From: an uncultured delta proteobacterium
GTDB taxonomy: Bacteria; Desulfobacterota; Desulfuromonadia; Geobacterales; DSM-12255
Reading direction: 5' to 3'
Assembly: GCA_963787125.1 (NCBI GenBank)
Contig: CAWBBV010000001.1
Coordinates: forward strand, 608,001-672,000
DNA: 64,000 nt
A program made the translations under genes and the position numbers. Shown piece after piece: positions 10,780 to 20,971 of the stretch (position 1 is the first letter of the stretch; each line of letters opens with the position of its first letter). The notes beneath the pieces were generated by a model. It saw only the letters and a program-made list of their open reading frames with translations. It was not told where the DNA came from and did not search any database.

Positions 10780-12627
10780 CTAAAAAAACTCGATGTTGTT
10801 GTCAAAGTGGCCATCGCCACCAGCGGAGCCTTTCCATCCGCCGGGAACAACCGCGCCGGTAAGCTCTTGATGAACGGCCCGTTCGCTCCCCATTGTGTAG
10901 CGGAGTTCGGCATCCTGAATACCTTCAGTCCAACGGCCCTGCAGGCCTTTTGGGACTCCGGCAGGCAGTCCCGTCGCAAATCGTTCAATCTTTGGAATTA
11001 GGTCATTTTGCACGGTTCCAATGAGTTCACGGCTTGCCAGGGCTGCCGTAGCGGCGTCGATTGCTTCAGTCAGGGATTTTGCGGCCATATCCGTGCCCAG
11101 CAGCAGTTCACCGGTTTCATTAATTAAACCCTTGAGCTTGTCAACGGTCATAGCAAGTTCATCACTGCGCAGCGTGGTAGAGCCCTGATCCTGCCCGAGG
11201 GCACCATGACGCAAGTCGGTAACGTGCCGGGTGATGGCCCGGATAGTGGTATTGATTGTGGTCGCTTGACTGCAGATATCATCGGATTGTTGCTTGATGG
11301 TTGCGGCGATCACACCGAATGCCGCTCCTTCTTTGCCAGCCTGGGCTGCCTTGATAATGGCGTTGAGGGCAATCAGGCGAATTTCGGAGCCGACTAAATC
11401 GATCTCCTCGGCAAAGCCGGTGATTTCTCCCATGGCCAGAGTTGTTGCCTGAACGATGCCGGCGAGCTTCTCTCTGACTGACATGTTCTCGGCAAATGCT
11501 GCCAGCAGAGACTTAAGTCCCAACTCGATATCTGCAAGGGAGGATCTGCCGACACCATCTGCCTGACTGAAAAGGCCATGGATTCTTGCCGCAGAGTCGC
11601 TCGCTTCCCGTGAAACCGCTTGCAGACCGGAGTCTATTCCGCTTACGGCGCTCACCAGTTCAGCCGCACTGTTGGAGATTTGCGCCACCTGCAGCACGCA
11701 GATGCCGGCCAGATCAGCTGAAAGCAGTCCAGTGTCAGCACCCCCCGCAGCCGGGGCAAGACGTTTTTCAACTTCGATAAGCGCGTCCCTGGCGTGTTCC
11801 AGCTGTTGCCTGGTGATGTCCTGAAACTGTAGTGACACAACTATCGAGCCGACATTGCGGGACATCTCGCCTGAGCGGTTGGAGAGATTGGTTGCTATAT
11901 TTGTGCATTTGGCATGCATGTCAGCCATGATGACGATCTTGGTCCGGACAGCGCCGACCATTGTGCGGTTGAGCTTTTGCTGGGTAATGCCCAGACCTGC
12001 AACCATCGCGCTACCTTTAATCAGGTCGGCATTCAGGGCTCTCCCTCGGGAGAGGATAGCGTTAGATTTTAGCTGGATATTCTCCGACAGCGTGCCGATA
12101 TCGCTGGCTACGTTCTTTAAGCTCATTCCTTTTTTTGTCAGCGATGCCACTTGAATATTGGTAAGCAGTTTCAGCATGCGCAGGTTGCCGACATGCCTTT
12201 TGAAACTCTCCATCAGTCGTCCCATGTCAGCCAGTTCGTCAACTATTCCGTTCAGGAGATCGCTGACCTGGCCGACGGTCCGGTCAGCGGCGATAAAGTC
12301 TTCCTCCAACCGGTCAAGGAGCAGCGCCATCTCCTGGATAACCGCCTGAGTCTCCTCACCTGACACCTTTGCTGCTGTCCGGTCCGCGGCGGCGCCGACT
12401 GCCAGTAACCGGGCGGAAATCTCCTGTAGTCTGGTGCCGGCCTGCAGAAAACGAAGCTCTGTCAGTGCCGGTAATCGCTCCAGATCAGCAATCAGGCCGA
12501 GAAGAGAGAGGCGCCACTGGGGAGTGGTTCTGGTGTCTGCCGGTATGCAGAATTGCCGATCATCGCCGCAGATCTTTGGCAAATACTGCGCGGGCGTTGC
12601 TATTGTTCGACTGCTGACATTCAACAC
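10780..12627 (-). CDS. Cytoplasmic MCP-like coiled-coil protein with two degenerate signalling tips
   Basis: No TM; LRMLKLLTNIQVASL and IRLIALNAIIKAAQAGKEGAAFGVIA; LQFQDITRQQLEH; ends NIEFF; start uncertain. Confidence 0.8.
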   Translation of the reverse strand: MLNVSSRTIATPAQYLPKICGDDRQFCIPADTRTTPQWRLSLLGLIADLERLPALTELRFLQAGTRLQEISARLLAVGAAADRTAAKVSGEETQAVIQEMALLLDRLEEDFIAADRTVGQVSDLLNGIVDELADMGRLMESFKRHVGNLRMLKLLTNIQVASLTKKGMSLKNVASDIGTLSENIQLKSNAILSRGRALNADLIKGSAMVAGLGITQQKLNRTMVGAVRTKIVIMADMHAKCTNIATNLSNRSGEMSRNVGSIVVSLQFQDITRQQLEHARDALIEVEKRLAPAAGGADTGLLSADLAGICVLQVAQISNSAAELVSAVSGIDSGLQAVSREASDSAARIHGLFSQADGVGRSSLADIELGLKSLLAAFAENMSVREKLAGIVQATTLAMGEITGFAEEIDLVGSEIRLIALNAIIKAAQAGKEGAAFGVIAATIKQQSDDICSQATTINTTIRAITRHVTDLRHGALGQDQGSTTLRSDELAMTVDKLKGLINETGELLLGTDMAAKSLTEAIDAATAALASRELIGTVQNDLIPKIERFATGLPAGVPKGLQGRWTEGIQDAELRYTMGSERAVHQELTGAVVPGGWKGSAGGDGHFDNNIEFF

Positions 12628-13772
12628 GCGTAAAACTTCTTCAGTTTGATCGATTCACCGGGCGTACGGGGGCTGTCTTCGTTATTGGCGGCGTAAATTT
12701 CTGCAAGGCGGTCGGCAGACAGTCGAAATGCGCGGATAACTTCCGGATCAAAATGTTCCGGCCTGGTCTGGTCATCACCCTCAAGAATGATCCGACAGGC
12801 GGTCGCATGATCAAAGGCCGGCTTGTAGACACGTCGGCTGCGTAGAGCTTCATACTGGTCAGCCAGGATGACGATCCTGCCTTCAAGCGGGATCTCTTCG
12901 CCTTTAAGACCATGGGGGTAGCCGGAACCATCCCAGCGCTCGTGATGGCTTAAGGCAATGGTGGCAGCCATTTCGATCAGCGGGTGGGTAGCGCCGCGCA
13001 AAATCTGGCAACCTATTTCGGCATGAGACTTGATGATTTCGAATTCAGCGGCAGTCAGTGCCCCCTGCTTGAAAAGCACGGCATCCGGAACCCCTATCTT
13101 GCCGATATCGTGCATGGCGCTTGCACAGCTGATATGCTCGATGTATTCATCCGGCAGATTCATGGTGCGGGCAAGCTCAGCTGTAAGCATCCCAATCCTT
13201 TTGATATGCATACCGGTATCTTCATCACGCAGCATGGCTGCCATGGTGAGTCGTTCGATAATCTCCCCGTTCATTCGCTTATGGTTTTGCAGCATTTCCG
13301 CCAGGTCTTCGATATTCTGGTCCACGATCATATTCAGGTCGTCACGACTTTTCTTCTCCGCCTGGATCAGACGTTTGGCGCTGATACCGCGTTCCACGGC
13401 ATCCACCAGGCCCTTCTCGGAAACCGGCTTGACAATGAATTCGAAGGCCTTTAGCCGGATTGCGGATAGCGCTACATCCAGTTCGGCGTTGCCGGTAATG
13501 AAAATTACCGGTGTTTCATTGTCGAAATTGCGAATCTGTTCCAGTAGCCTGAAGCCGTTGATGACCGGCATGTTTATATCCGTAAGAACCACCTCTGTGG
13601 GAGTCTCCCGGAACGTGGAGAGAGCAATGAGTGCGTCTCTGTGCGCCGACACCTCGAAACCGTTACTGCTGAGCAGCATGGAAATCGAATCAAGGGTCAA
13701 CGGGTCATCATCCACTACCATTACGCTGCCTGCGTTGCTTTGTCGCACGGCTAACCCCACCCGTAAATTCAA
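12621..13772 (-). CDS. REC + HD-GYP response regulator (cyclic dinucleotide phosphodiesterase)
   Basis: LTDINMP; RDEDTGMH, MHDIGKIG, HHERWDGSGYP; start uncertain. Confidence 0.92.
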   Translation of the reverse strand: MNLRVGLAVRQSNAGSVMVVDDDPLTLDSISMLLSSNGFEVSAHRDALIALSTFRETPTEVVLTDINMPVINGFRLLEQIRNFDNETPVIFITGNAELDVALSAIRLKAFEFIVKPVSEKGLVDAVERGISAKRLIQAEKKSRDDLNMIVDQNIEDLAEMLQNHKRMNGEIIERLTMAAMLRDEDTGMHIKRIGMLTAELARTMNLPDEYIEHISCASAMHDIGKIGVPDAVLFKQGALTAAEFEIIKSHAEIGCQILRGATHPLIEMAATIALSHHERWDGSGYPHGLKGEEIPLEGRIVILADQYEALRSRRVYKPAFDHATACRIILEGDDQTRPEHFDPEVIRAFRLSADRLAEIYAANNEDSPRTPGESIKLKKFYAC

Positions 13773-13806
13773 GGTCGATGCATTTAACTCCGATCACATT
13801 CATTAG

Positions 13807-13823
13807 AGCACAGGGCGTGCCAA
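13807..13823 (-). promoter_or_regulatory. Sigma54 (-24/-12) promoter of the chemosensory operon
   Basis: Minus strand TTGGCACGCCCTGTGCT matches TGGCAC-N5-TTGC with GG and GC correctly spaced. Confidence 0.8.
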
Positions 13824-13850
13824 TGGCTGCCAGCGGATATTTGCTATATA

Positions 13851-13863
13851 TATCAGCATGTTA
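13851..13863. promoter_or_regulatory. IHF site
   Basis: TATCAGCATGTTA fits WATCARNNNNTTR, between the sigma54 promoter and putative enhancer. Confidence 0.6.
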
Positions 13864-13888
13864 ACCGAAGGTATGCGTAACTGATGAT

Positions 13889-14003
13889 TGCGACAAAAGT
13901 AGCCACCATTAAGTGGTCTGGAAGTTAAGGCAATCGCAACTAGCTGAGAAGTAACGGTATAATGCGGAGTGCGACATAATTTGCGCGGATGCTAAATGTC
14001 GCA
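13889..14003. promoter_or_regulatory. Putative enhancer (UAS) for a sigma54 activator
   Basis: TGCGACA at 13889 and 13970; inverted ATGTCGCA at 13996-14003. Confidence 0.5.
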
Positions 14004-14090
14004 GTTTCTTAGCAGATTGAATTTGGCAAGGGTATCACAGCGTGGGGACAATGACAGGTGTTGAGCGGCAGGGGAGCGATGGGCAACAGG

Positions 14091-15500
14091 CTATTTACGA
14101 CAGAGTCTTTTGTTCAAGGCCTGCCGGGTTAGTCCCAGCATGGTTGCTGCCGCCCCCTGATTCCCTTCGGTACGTTGCAGCGCTGTGGCGATGAGATACT
14201 GTTCCATCTCCTTAAGAGTTGGAAAACAACCGGTAACTGCGAAGGCTGTTTCAGCTTTAGGCGCCAAATGCGTCGGAGGAATAGGGGCTGAGTCTTTGGT
14301 GACTGACAATTTGTCGAAGTTTGCCGAAGTAAGATTCCCACCCTGGTGCCTGGTCATGGCATCGAAAATCATCCCCTTCAGTTCACGGATATTGCCGGGG
14401 AAGTGATACGCCTTGAGGTGAGTCAGGATTTCAGGCCGGTACGTCGGTTTAGCTTTTTGTAGAGTTAGGCAGGCTTCCTCCAGAAAAGTTTCCAGAAGGA
14501 GGGGTATGTCCTCCAGCCGCTCCCGCAGGGGCGGAATCTCCACTCTATGAGCGCAGAGTCGATAGTAAAGATCCTTGCGAAACAGTCCGTCAGCCATGAG
14601 CTGTTCGAGATTCTGATTGGTGGCAACGACAAACCGGGCCCGGCTCTGCACCCCCCGGTCCGCGCCGATAGGGAAGTATTCCCCTTCCTGGAGGAGTCGC
14701 AGGAGTTTTACCTGGGAAGCCGGGCTAAGGTCGCCGATTTCATCCAGAAAGAGGGTGCCGCCGGCGGCACGGGCGATCATCCCCTCCCGGGCTTCGGCGG
14801 CCCCGGTGTAAGCTCCTTTGCGGTGGCCGAAGAGGGTGTCGGCAAACATCAGGTCGTCGAGTCCGGCAGAGTTGATCGCCACGAATTCACCGCCGGCACC
14901 GCTGAGGGAATGGGCGGCCCGGGCTATGAGCTCCTTGCCGACCCCGGTTTCTCCGGTAATCAGGATCGGTTGCCCGGCAACGGCGGCTGCTTCCAGATAA
15001 CTGAACAGCGCTTCCATCCTGGTACTGCGGGTCTGAATGGCGGCAAAGGCAGCTTTGTTGCGTAATCGGCCGGTCAGGAGCGATTCCTTAAGGGAGGATA
15101 TTTCCCGGCGGAGAGTATGCAGTTCCAGCGCCTTCTTGACGGTTGCCACCAGTCTGTTGATCTCAACCGGTTTTACCTGGTAATCGAAGGCGCCGGCCTT
15201 CATGCAGTCGACGGCAGTATCGAGCTGGTTGGCTGCGGTGACAATAATGACTGGCAATTGGGGATAATTGGCGGTTATTTCCTTAAGAAGGTCAGTCCCG
15301 GAAAAGTAAGGCATCTGCAGGTCGAGAACAACGACTCCCGCCTCCTGTTCGGCAAGGAGCGGCAGCAGCTTCCGACTGTCTGAACAGGTGCTGATGGTAG
15401 TGATACCCGCACCATGCAGCATCACTTCATAACTGAACAGAATTTCATGTTCGTCATCAACGAGAACCACGGTCGGCGATGTTGGTGGTAATGTTTCCAT
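14091..15500 (-). CDS. Sigma54-dependent response regulator (REC-AAA+-Fis HTH, NtrC family)
   Basis: LDLQMP; GETGVGKE; GAYTGA; LFLDEIG; FPGNIREL; GNQGAAATMLGLTR. Confidence 0.95.
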   Translation of the reverse strand: METLPPTSPTVVLVDDEHEILFSYEVMLHGAGITTISTCSDSRKLLPLLAEQEAGVVVLDLQMPYFSGTDLLKEITANYPQLPVIIVTAANQLDTAVDCMKAGAFDYQVKPVEINRLVATVKKALELHTLRREISSLKESLLTGRLRNKAAFAAIQTRSTRMEALFSYLEAAAVAGQPILITGETGVGKELIARAAHSLSGAGGEFVAINSAGLDDLMFADTLFGHRKGAYTGAAEAREGMIARAAGGTLFLDEIGDLSPASQVKLLRLLQEGEYFPIGADRGVQSRARFVVATNQNLEQLMADGLFRKDLYYRLCAHRVEIPPLRERLEDIPLLLETFLEEACLTLQKAKPTYRPEILTHLKAYHFPGNIRELKGMIFDAMTRHQGGNLTSANFDKLSVTKDSAPIPPTHLAPKAETAFAVTGCFPTLKEMEQYLIATALQRTEGNQGAAATMLGLTRQALNKRLCRK

Positions 15501-15787
15501 AATGCGACTCCCTGGTGAGGATTGTAGCCAACTATCCCTTCCCCGGCAAGGTGAAACTCCGGGAGAATTACTGCAAGGCAGCGGTTTTCATGGCTGAGCG
15601 GTTGTGACGGCAAGAAATCAGGTCAGCATAAAAACCATTATTTACAGCTAATTCGGCAGATAACTCTTTTATTCCCCCCGGCGGAAACAGTATCATTCTC
15701 ATTAATATATCTGCTCCGACCCCGCCACGGATGATCCGACTTTCTCTCCTTTTGGTGCGGCGCACACTTAACCAGGGAGGATTCCCC

Positions 15788-18700
15788 TTGAAGATCAGGC
15801 TCAATCTTTTCTTTTTCAGCTGCACCATTATAACCCTTGCCCTGACCATCAGCACCCTGATGTTTCTGATCCAGATGCACGCCGATGCTGTTAAATGGGC
15901 GAAGACAGAACAGGAACAGGCGATCCAGACCTTTTGGCAGTTCCTGCACGCCAAAGGGGACGGCTACCGGGTCGTCAACGGCAAGCTGATGGTGGGCGAC
16001 TACGTGATCAACGGAAATTTTGAGCTGCCTGACAAGGTGCAAGAGATCTTCGGCGGCACCGCGACAATTTTCCTGGGAGATACGCGGGTTTCGACCAACG
16101 TGCTCAAGGAGGACGGCACCCGGGCAGTCGGCACTAAACTGCTGGGCCCGGCCTACGATGCCATCTTCAGGGCCAATCGTTCCTACCGTGGTGAAGCGCC
16201 GATTTTTGGCATATCCTACTATGCTGCCTATGATCCGATTCGCGATGCAAGCGGCAATATCATTGGCGTTCTTTACGTCGGCAGCAAGAAGGGTGATTTT
16301 CTCGTCGACTACAATCGTCGGGAAAAAGAGATTGTTGCCGGCACCTCACTGCTGGGAATTCTGCTTATCGCCTTTGCCTGGAGCGCCCTGCGTGAGCGGA
16401 GCAGAGCTGAAGCTAAAATTCGGCAAATGGCCGATCAGACCAGACTGATTGCCGATTCGATTCCTGCTGCTATCGCCTATATTGACATCGACCTTCGCTA
16501 TCAATTTGCCAACAGGCGTTACTATGAACTGTTCGGTGGCGAGTTTGTGGATCTGGTTGGTAAATCGGTCAAAGAGGTGCTCGGCGAAGCGCTGAGTGCT
16601 GAACGCGAAGAGAATATTCGTCAGGTGCTGGCGGGTAATAAAGTTGTTTTTACCGGTCAGATAGCACCGCAGGATGGTGACATTATCCATCTTCAGACCG
16701 CTTTTATTCCCCATCTGACAATTAACGGTGAAGTGCTCGGTTTCTTTATCCAACATTACGACATCACTGATCTAACTTTGACACAAGAGGCGCTCCGAAC
16801 CTCAGGGGAGCATTACCTGACGCTCTTCAATACCACCGGAACCGCTACTCTTGTCAGCGAGGAAGACACTACCATGTCGCTGGTCAACGAAGAGCTTGTC
16901 AGCCTTACCGGCTACTCCCGTGAGGAGCTGGAGGGTCAGCTCAGCTGGACGATATTTGTTGCTCCCGAGAGCCTGGAGAGAATGCTCGGCTACCATCGCG
17001 CCCGCAGAGCCGACACGGCAGCAGTTCCCCGCGTCTATGAGTGTGATGTCATCCGCCGCGATGGTACGCTCCGCCATATTCTTGTCCATGTAAACATAAT
17101 ACCCGGAACCAACCGGAGTATCATCTCCCTGCTCGATATTTCCGACCAGAAGCAGTTACAAGCCAGCCTCCAGAGCCAGTTGACATTCCTTCAGACCCTG
17201 ATTGATACCATTCCAAGTCCGATATTTTACAAGGACCGGGCCGGCCGCTACCTCGGCTATAATCTGGCTTTTCAGCTAATGCTCGGGCTCAAGCGGGACC
17301 AAGCCATCGGAAAAACCACTCATGATATTGCCCGGCCGGAGCTGGCCGACAACTACTCTGCAATGGATGATGCGCTTTTTTCCAATCCGGGGACACAGGT
17401 TTACGAGTCGTCTATCATTGATGCCAATGACAGGCGGCTCGACGTCATTTTCTACAAGGGTACTTTCATCGGTGAAGATGGTCTTGTGGCGGGTTTAGTC
17501 GGTGTTATCCTCGATGTAACCGGGCATAAGCAGTCTGAACGGCTGCTGGCCGGAGAGAAGCTGGTCATGAAGATGATCGTCAGTGACGCGCCGCTACCAG
17601 AAGTTCTGGCGGCGATCTGCGTGAACATCGAGGAACAGACGTCAGGCGGGCTCTGCTCGCTGCTACTGCTTGATGACGACGGGCGCCACCTTCGCCATGC
17701 CGCTGCCCCGAGTCTGCCCGAGGCTTATAATAGAGCGATAGACGGCACGCGTATCGGTCCGCTTATCGGTTCCTGCGGCACCGCTGCTTATAGCGGGCAG
17801 CAGGTAATAGTGAGCGATATTGCTACAGATCCACGCTGGGCAAAATACCGCAAACTCCCATTGAGCTTTGGTCTGCAGGCTTGCTGGTCACAGCCGATTA
17901 AAGCCAGTAGCGGCAAAATTCTGGGAACCTTTGCTATTTACTACTCTCTGCCACGATCGCCGAATTCTGAAGAGTTGTTGCTTGTGGAGCGGGCGGCTCA
18001 TCTTGCCAGTATCGTGATCGAGCGAAAACGAGCCGCCGAATCGCTAAGGGAAAGCGAGGATCGCTTCCACCGGATTTTTTCCCAAAACGATGACGCCGTT
18101 GTCCTGTTCCGCATGGATGACCTTGTTCTTATAGATGTCAACCCGGCTGCATTGGCGTTATTCGAGTACGACCGTTCCGAATTGCTCGGGCTGAAAGCGT
18201 ATATGCTGATTGCCAATAAAGATTTTGAAGCCCTGGTCGATGCCATCCCGAGGGACAATCCGACAGAGGCTTTCCAGCTCGATCAGGCCTACGGCATACG
18301 CAAGGACGGCAAACAGATTATGATCGTTATCCGTTGTAAGGTCCTGATGCTCCGTGAAGAGTACGTCGTACACTGCTCCATCAGGGACATCACTGAAAAA
18401 ATGCGACTGGAGGATGAGGTTCGGGGCACTCAGGCAAAGCTGATTCATACCAATAAAATGACCTCAATCGGCATGCTCGCATCGAGCGTTGCCCATGAAA
18501 TCAACAACCCGAACAACTGCATTTCTGTAAATGCCGCAATGCTGGACGATGTCTGGCAGGATGCTGTGCCGTTACTGGAGACCATCCATGCCACGCAGGG
18601 TGAATTCATGCTCAGGGGGATCCCGTTTACCAAGATGCGGGAATTTGCCCCAAGGCTCCTCGGCGGTATTAGAGAAGGCTCCCGGCGGATTACCGCCATC

Positions 18701-19234
18701 GTCCAGAACATGAGAGATTACGTTCGGGAGGATAAAAGCGGTTCCGACGGTAGCGTTGATGTCAACCAACTGCTGCAGAATGCAATGTCGATCCTCTGGC
18801 ATCATATTCATCTCCATACGGACCATTTCAACACTGAGCTGGGAGAAGAGCTGCCTTTGGCGCGGGGAAACGGTCAGCAGGTCGAGCAGGTTCTTATCAA
18901 CCTGCTGACGAATGCTCTGCAGTCGCTCCCGGACAAGAAAGCCGGAGTAAACATCGCTACCTTTGTGGAAAGCGGGGGGGATATAACTGTCAAGGTCAGG
19001 GATGAAGGAAAAGGGATGGACAATGCGACGCTGGCGCGTCTTACCGAACCGTTTTTTACGACACGCACCGATGAAGGGGGGACCGGGCTTGGCCTTTATA
19101 TCTCCGCCTCAATCATCAAAGAACATGGCGGGACTCTGGAATTCAAGTCAGAGCCGGGAAAAGGGACGACTGCCACTGTCCGGTTGCCGGTATCGGGGAA
19201 AAGCAGCATTTGCGCAGCTGATTCGAGGGCTTGA
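15788..19234 (+). CDS. Membrane sensor histidine kinase (Cache, multiple PAS, GAF, HisKA, HATPase)
   Basis: TATIFLGDTRVSTNV Cache; GSCGTAAY GAF; VAHEINNP; GTGLGL; SD AGGGAGG favours TTG 15788 over ATG 15731. Confidence 0.93.
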   Translation: MKIRLNLFFFSCTIITLALTISTLMFLIQMHADAVKWAKTEQEQAIQTFWQFLHAKGDGYRVVNGKLMVGDYVINGNFELPDKVQEIFGGTATIFLGDTRVSTNVLKEDGTRAVGTKLLGPAYDAIFRANRSYRGEAPIFGISYYAAYDPIRDASGNIIGVLYVGSKKGDFLVDYNRREKEIVAGTSLLGILLIAFAWSALRERSRAEAKIRQMADQTRLIADSIPAAIAYIDIDLRYQFANRRYYELFGGEFVDLVGKSVKEVLGEALSAEREENIRQVLAGNKVVFTGQIAPQDGDIIHLQTAFIPHLTINGEVLGFFIQHYDITDLTLTQEALRTSGEHYLTLFNTTGTATLVSEEDTTMSLVNEELVSLTGYSREELEGQLSWTIFVAPESLERMLGYHRARRADTAAVPRVYECDVIRRDGTLRHILVHVNIIPGTNRSIISLLDISDQKQLQASLQSQLTFLQTLIDTIPSPIFYKDRAGRYLGYNLAFQLMLGLKRDQAIGKTTHDIARPELADNYSAMDDALFSNPGTQVYESSIIDANDRRLDVIFYKGTFIGEDGLVAGLVGVILDVTGHKQSERLLAGEKLVMKMIVSDAPLPEVLAAICVNIEEQTSGGLCSLLLLDDDGRHLRHAAAPSLPEAYNRAIDGTRIGPLIGSCGTAAYSGQQVIVSDIATDPRWAKYRKLPLSFGLQACWSQPIKASSGKILGTFAIYYSLPRSPNSEELLLVERAAHLASIVIERKRAAESLRESEDRFHRIFSQNDDAVVLFRMDDLVLIDVNPAALALFEYDRSELLGLKAYMLIANKDFEALVDAIPRDNPTEAFQLDQAYGIRKDGKQIMIVIRCKVLMLREEYVVHCSIRDITEKMRLEDEVRGTQAKLIHTNKMTSIGMLASSVAHEINNPNNCISVNAAMLDDVWQDAVPLLETIHATQGEFMLRGIPFTKMREFAPRLLGGIREGSRRITAIVQNMRDYVREDKSGSDGSVDVNQLLQNAMSILWHHIHLHTDHFNTELGEELPLARGNGQQVEQVLINLLTNALQSLPDKKAGVNIATFVESGGDITVKVRDEGKGMDNATLARLTEPFFTTRTDEGGTGLGLYISASIIKEHGGTLEFKSEPGKGTTATVRLPVSGKSSICAADSRA

Positions 19235-19254
19235 ACTGTGGCTTCAGGCAAGAG

Positions 19255-20145
19255 CTATAACCCTGCAATTGCCAACTTTTCCAAGAGTTCCAGCTGCTGA
19301 GATGAAAGAGATTGCGGCACCGCTATTTGAACCATAACGTAGAAATCACCCCTGATCCCTTTGCCTTGTTGTGGAAAACCGAGCCCTTTCAGCCTGATCT
19401 TCATGCCGGGCTGAATGCCGGCCGGCACCTTTATCCTCTTTGTCCCGTCAAGGGTTGCAACATCCAGAGAGCCGCCCAGGCAGGCATGGCTGAATGAGAT
19501 CTGCTGTGGAAAGATGATGTCCGCGCCTTCCCTGCTGTATCTGGCATCCGCTTTTACAATGATATTAAGATAAAGATCACCGCTGGCTCCGCCACCGATG
19601 CCGGCACCCCCCTTTCCTGCAAGCCGCAGGCGCGCACCGCTTTCTATGCCGGCCGGGAGTTTTACCGAAACCTCTTCGCTGCGTCCTTCTCTACTGAAAG
19701 ATATCCGTTTTTCGCCGCCTGAAAAAGCCTCCATGAAGCTGATGGCAAGCTCCATTTCGAAATCCTGCCCTTTTCGGCTCATGCTGCGCCCGCCCTGCCT
19801 GAAACCTCCTCCTCCACCAAAGATTCTGGAGAAGACATCATCTGAGCCACCAAGATTGAACTCCTTGAAAATATCTCCGGCATTGAAGTTACGAAAGATG
19901 TCTTCCTGTGAATAACGCTGGTGAAACCCGTCAGAGCCGAAACGGTCATACTGGGTTTTTTTCTCGGGATCCGAAAGCACGGCGTAAGCTTCGTTGATCT
20001 CCTTGAAGCGGTCTTCGGCCTTTTTATCGCCTGGGTTCTTGTCCGGGTGGAACTTGACTGCAAGTTTGCGGAAAGCCTTTTTCAGTTCGTCAGCAGTCGC
20101 CCCTTTTTTTAGTCCCAATACTTCGTAATAATCCTTATCTGCCAA
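19255..20145 (-). CDS. cbpA: DnaJ-class chaperone (CbpA-like, no Zn finger)
   Basis: DYYEVLG, HPD, G/F-rich linker, DnaJ_C; TTG start. Confidence 0.88.
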   Translation of the reverse strand: MADKDYYEVLGLKKGATADELKKAFRKLAVKFHPDKNPGDKKAEDRFKEINEAYAVLSDPEKKTQYDRFGSDGFHQRYSQEDIFRNFNAGDIFKEFNLGGSDDVFSRIFGGGGGFRQGGRSMSRKGQDFEMELAISFMEAFSGGEKRISFSREGRSEEVSVKLPAGIESGARLRLAGKGGAGIGGGASGDLYLNIIVKADARYSREGADIIFPQQISFSHACLGGSLDVATLDGTKRIKVPAGIQPGMKIRLKGLGFPQQGKGIRGDFYVMVQIAVPQSLSSQQLELLEKLAIAGL

Positions 20146-20175
20146 TTTAAGCGCCCCTTTTTTCAGTTTGAAAAG

Positions 20176-20204
20176 AATCTAACCATTGGCACAGCTCATG
20201 TCAA
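20176..20204 (-). promoter_or_regulatory. Sigma70-type promoter for cbpA
   Basis: TTGACA-17 nt-TAGATT on minus strand. Confidence 0.65.
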
Positions 20205-20353
20205 TGATTCGCTAATCCAAATTTGTACCGTCGAAAAATTATCTGCTAATTTTTAATGCATCGCTGAAATTTCGTGTTATATTTCCGTGGTTGATTTTAT
20301 CGAGCCAGAAGATAAAAACTGATCATTAAACCTGCAAAGGAGACGTATTAGGT

Positions 20354-20971
20354 ATGTTCGGACTGATCCCGAAAGAAGAGAAGTTTTTCCAGATGTTCCA
20401 GGAAATGGGTGGAATTATTGTTGAAGGGGCGAAAGAGCTCAAGAACATGCTCGATCACTACGCTGATCCGCCTGCAAGCCAGAAGCGGATCAAGGATATA
20501 GAGCACCGGGGTGACGTGCAGACTCATGACATCATCAAGAAGCTGAATAAAAGCTTTATCACTCCTTTTGACAGGGAAGACATCTACTCCCTGGCGTCCT
20601 CCCTTGATGACATACTTGACTTGATTGATGGCTGCGCTCAACGTCTCGTCATGTATAACGTCGAAAACACCACGCCGGAGGCAAAAGAGCTCGCTTTTCT
20701 TATTCTCAAGGGTGCTGAGGCTATTAATAAAGCGCTTCATGTTATCGGCGGGAAGCTTGAGCCGATAGCCGAGTACTGCGTCGAGGTCAATGCTCTGGAA
20801 AATGAGGCTGACCGTGTCTGCCGCGAAGCTATCAGCCGCCTCTTTGACGAAGAGAAGGATCCTATCCAGCTGATAAAATGGAAGGAGATTTACGAGACTC
20901 TGGAGAAGGCGACGGACAAGTGTGAAGATGCTGCCAATATTCTCGAAAGTGTGGTAGTCAAAAATGCCTGA
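20354..20971 (+). CDS. DUF47 / PhoU-like phosphate transport regulator
   Basis: IEHRGD, FITPFDREDI, LENEAD, LEKATDKCED. Confidence 0.92.
   Translation: MFGLIPKEEKFFQMFQEMGGIIVEGAKELKNMLDHYADPPASQKRIKDIEHRGDVQTHDIIKKLNKSFITPFDREDIYSLASSLDDILDLIDGCAQRLVMYNVENTTPEAKELAFLILKGAEAINKALHVIGGKLEPIAEYCVEVNALENEADRVCREAISRLFDEEKDPIQLIKWKEIYETLEKATDKCEDAANILESVVVKNA

Noticed and set aside
14800..14830. GAYTGA instead of GAFTGA in the activator
   Set aside because: Common natural variant; not evidence of inactivation or novelty
20186..20202. TTGGCAC as a sigma54 promoter for DUF47-pit
   Set aside because: No GC at -12; the sequence is the spacer of the cbpA sigma70 promoter
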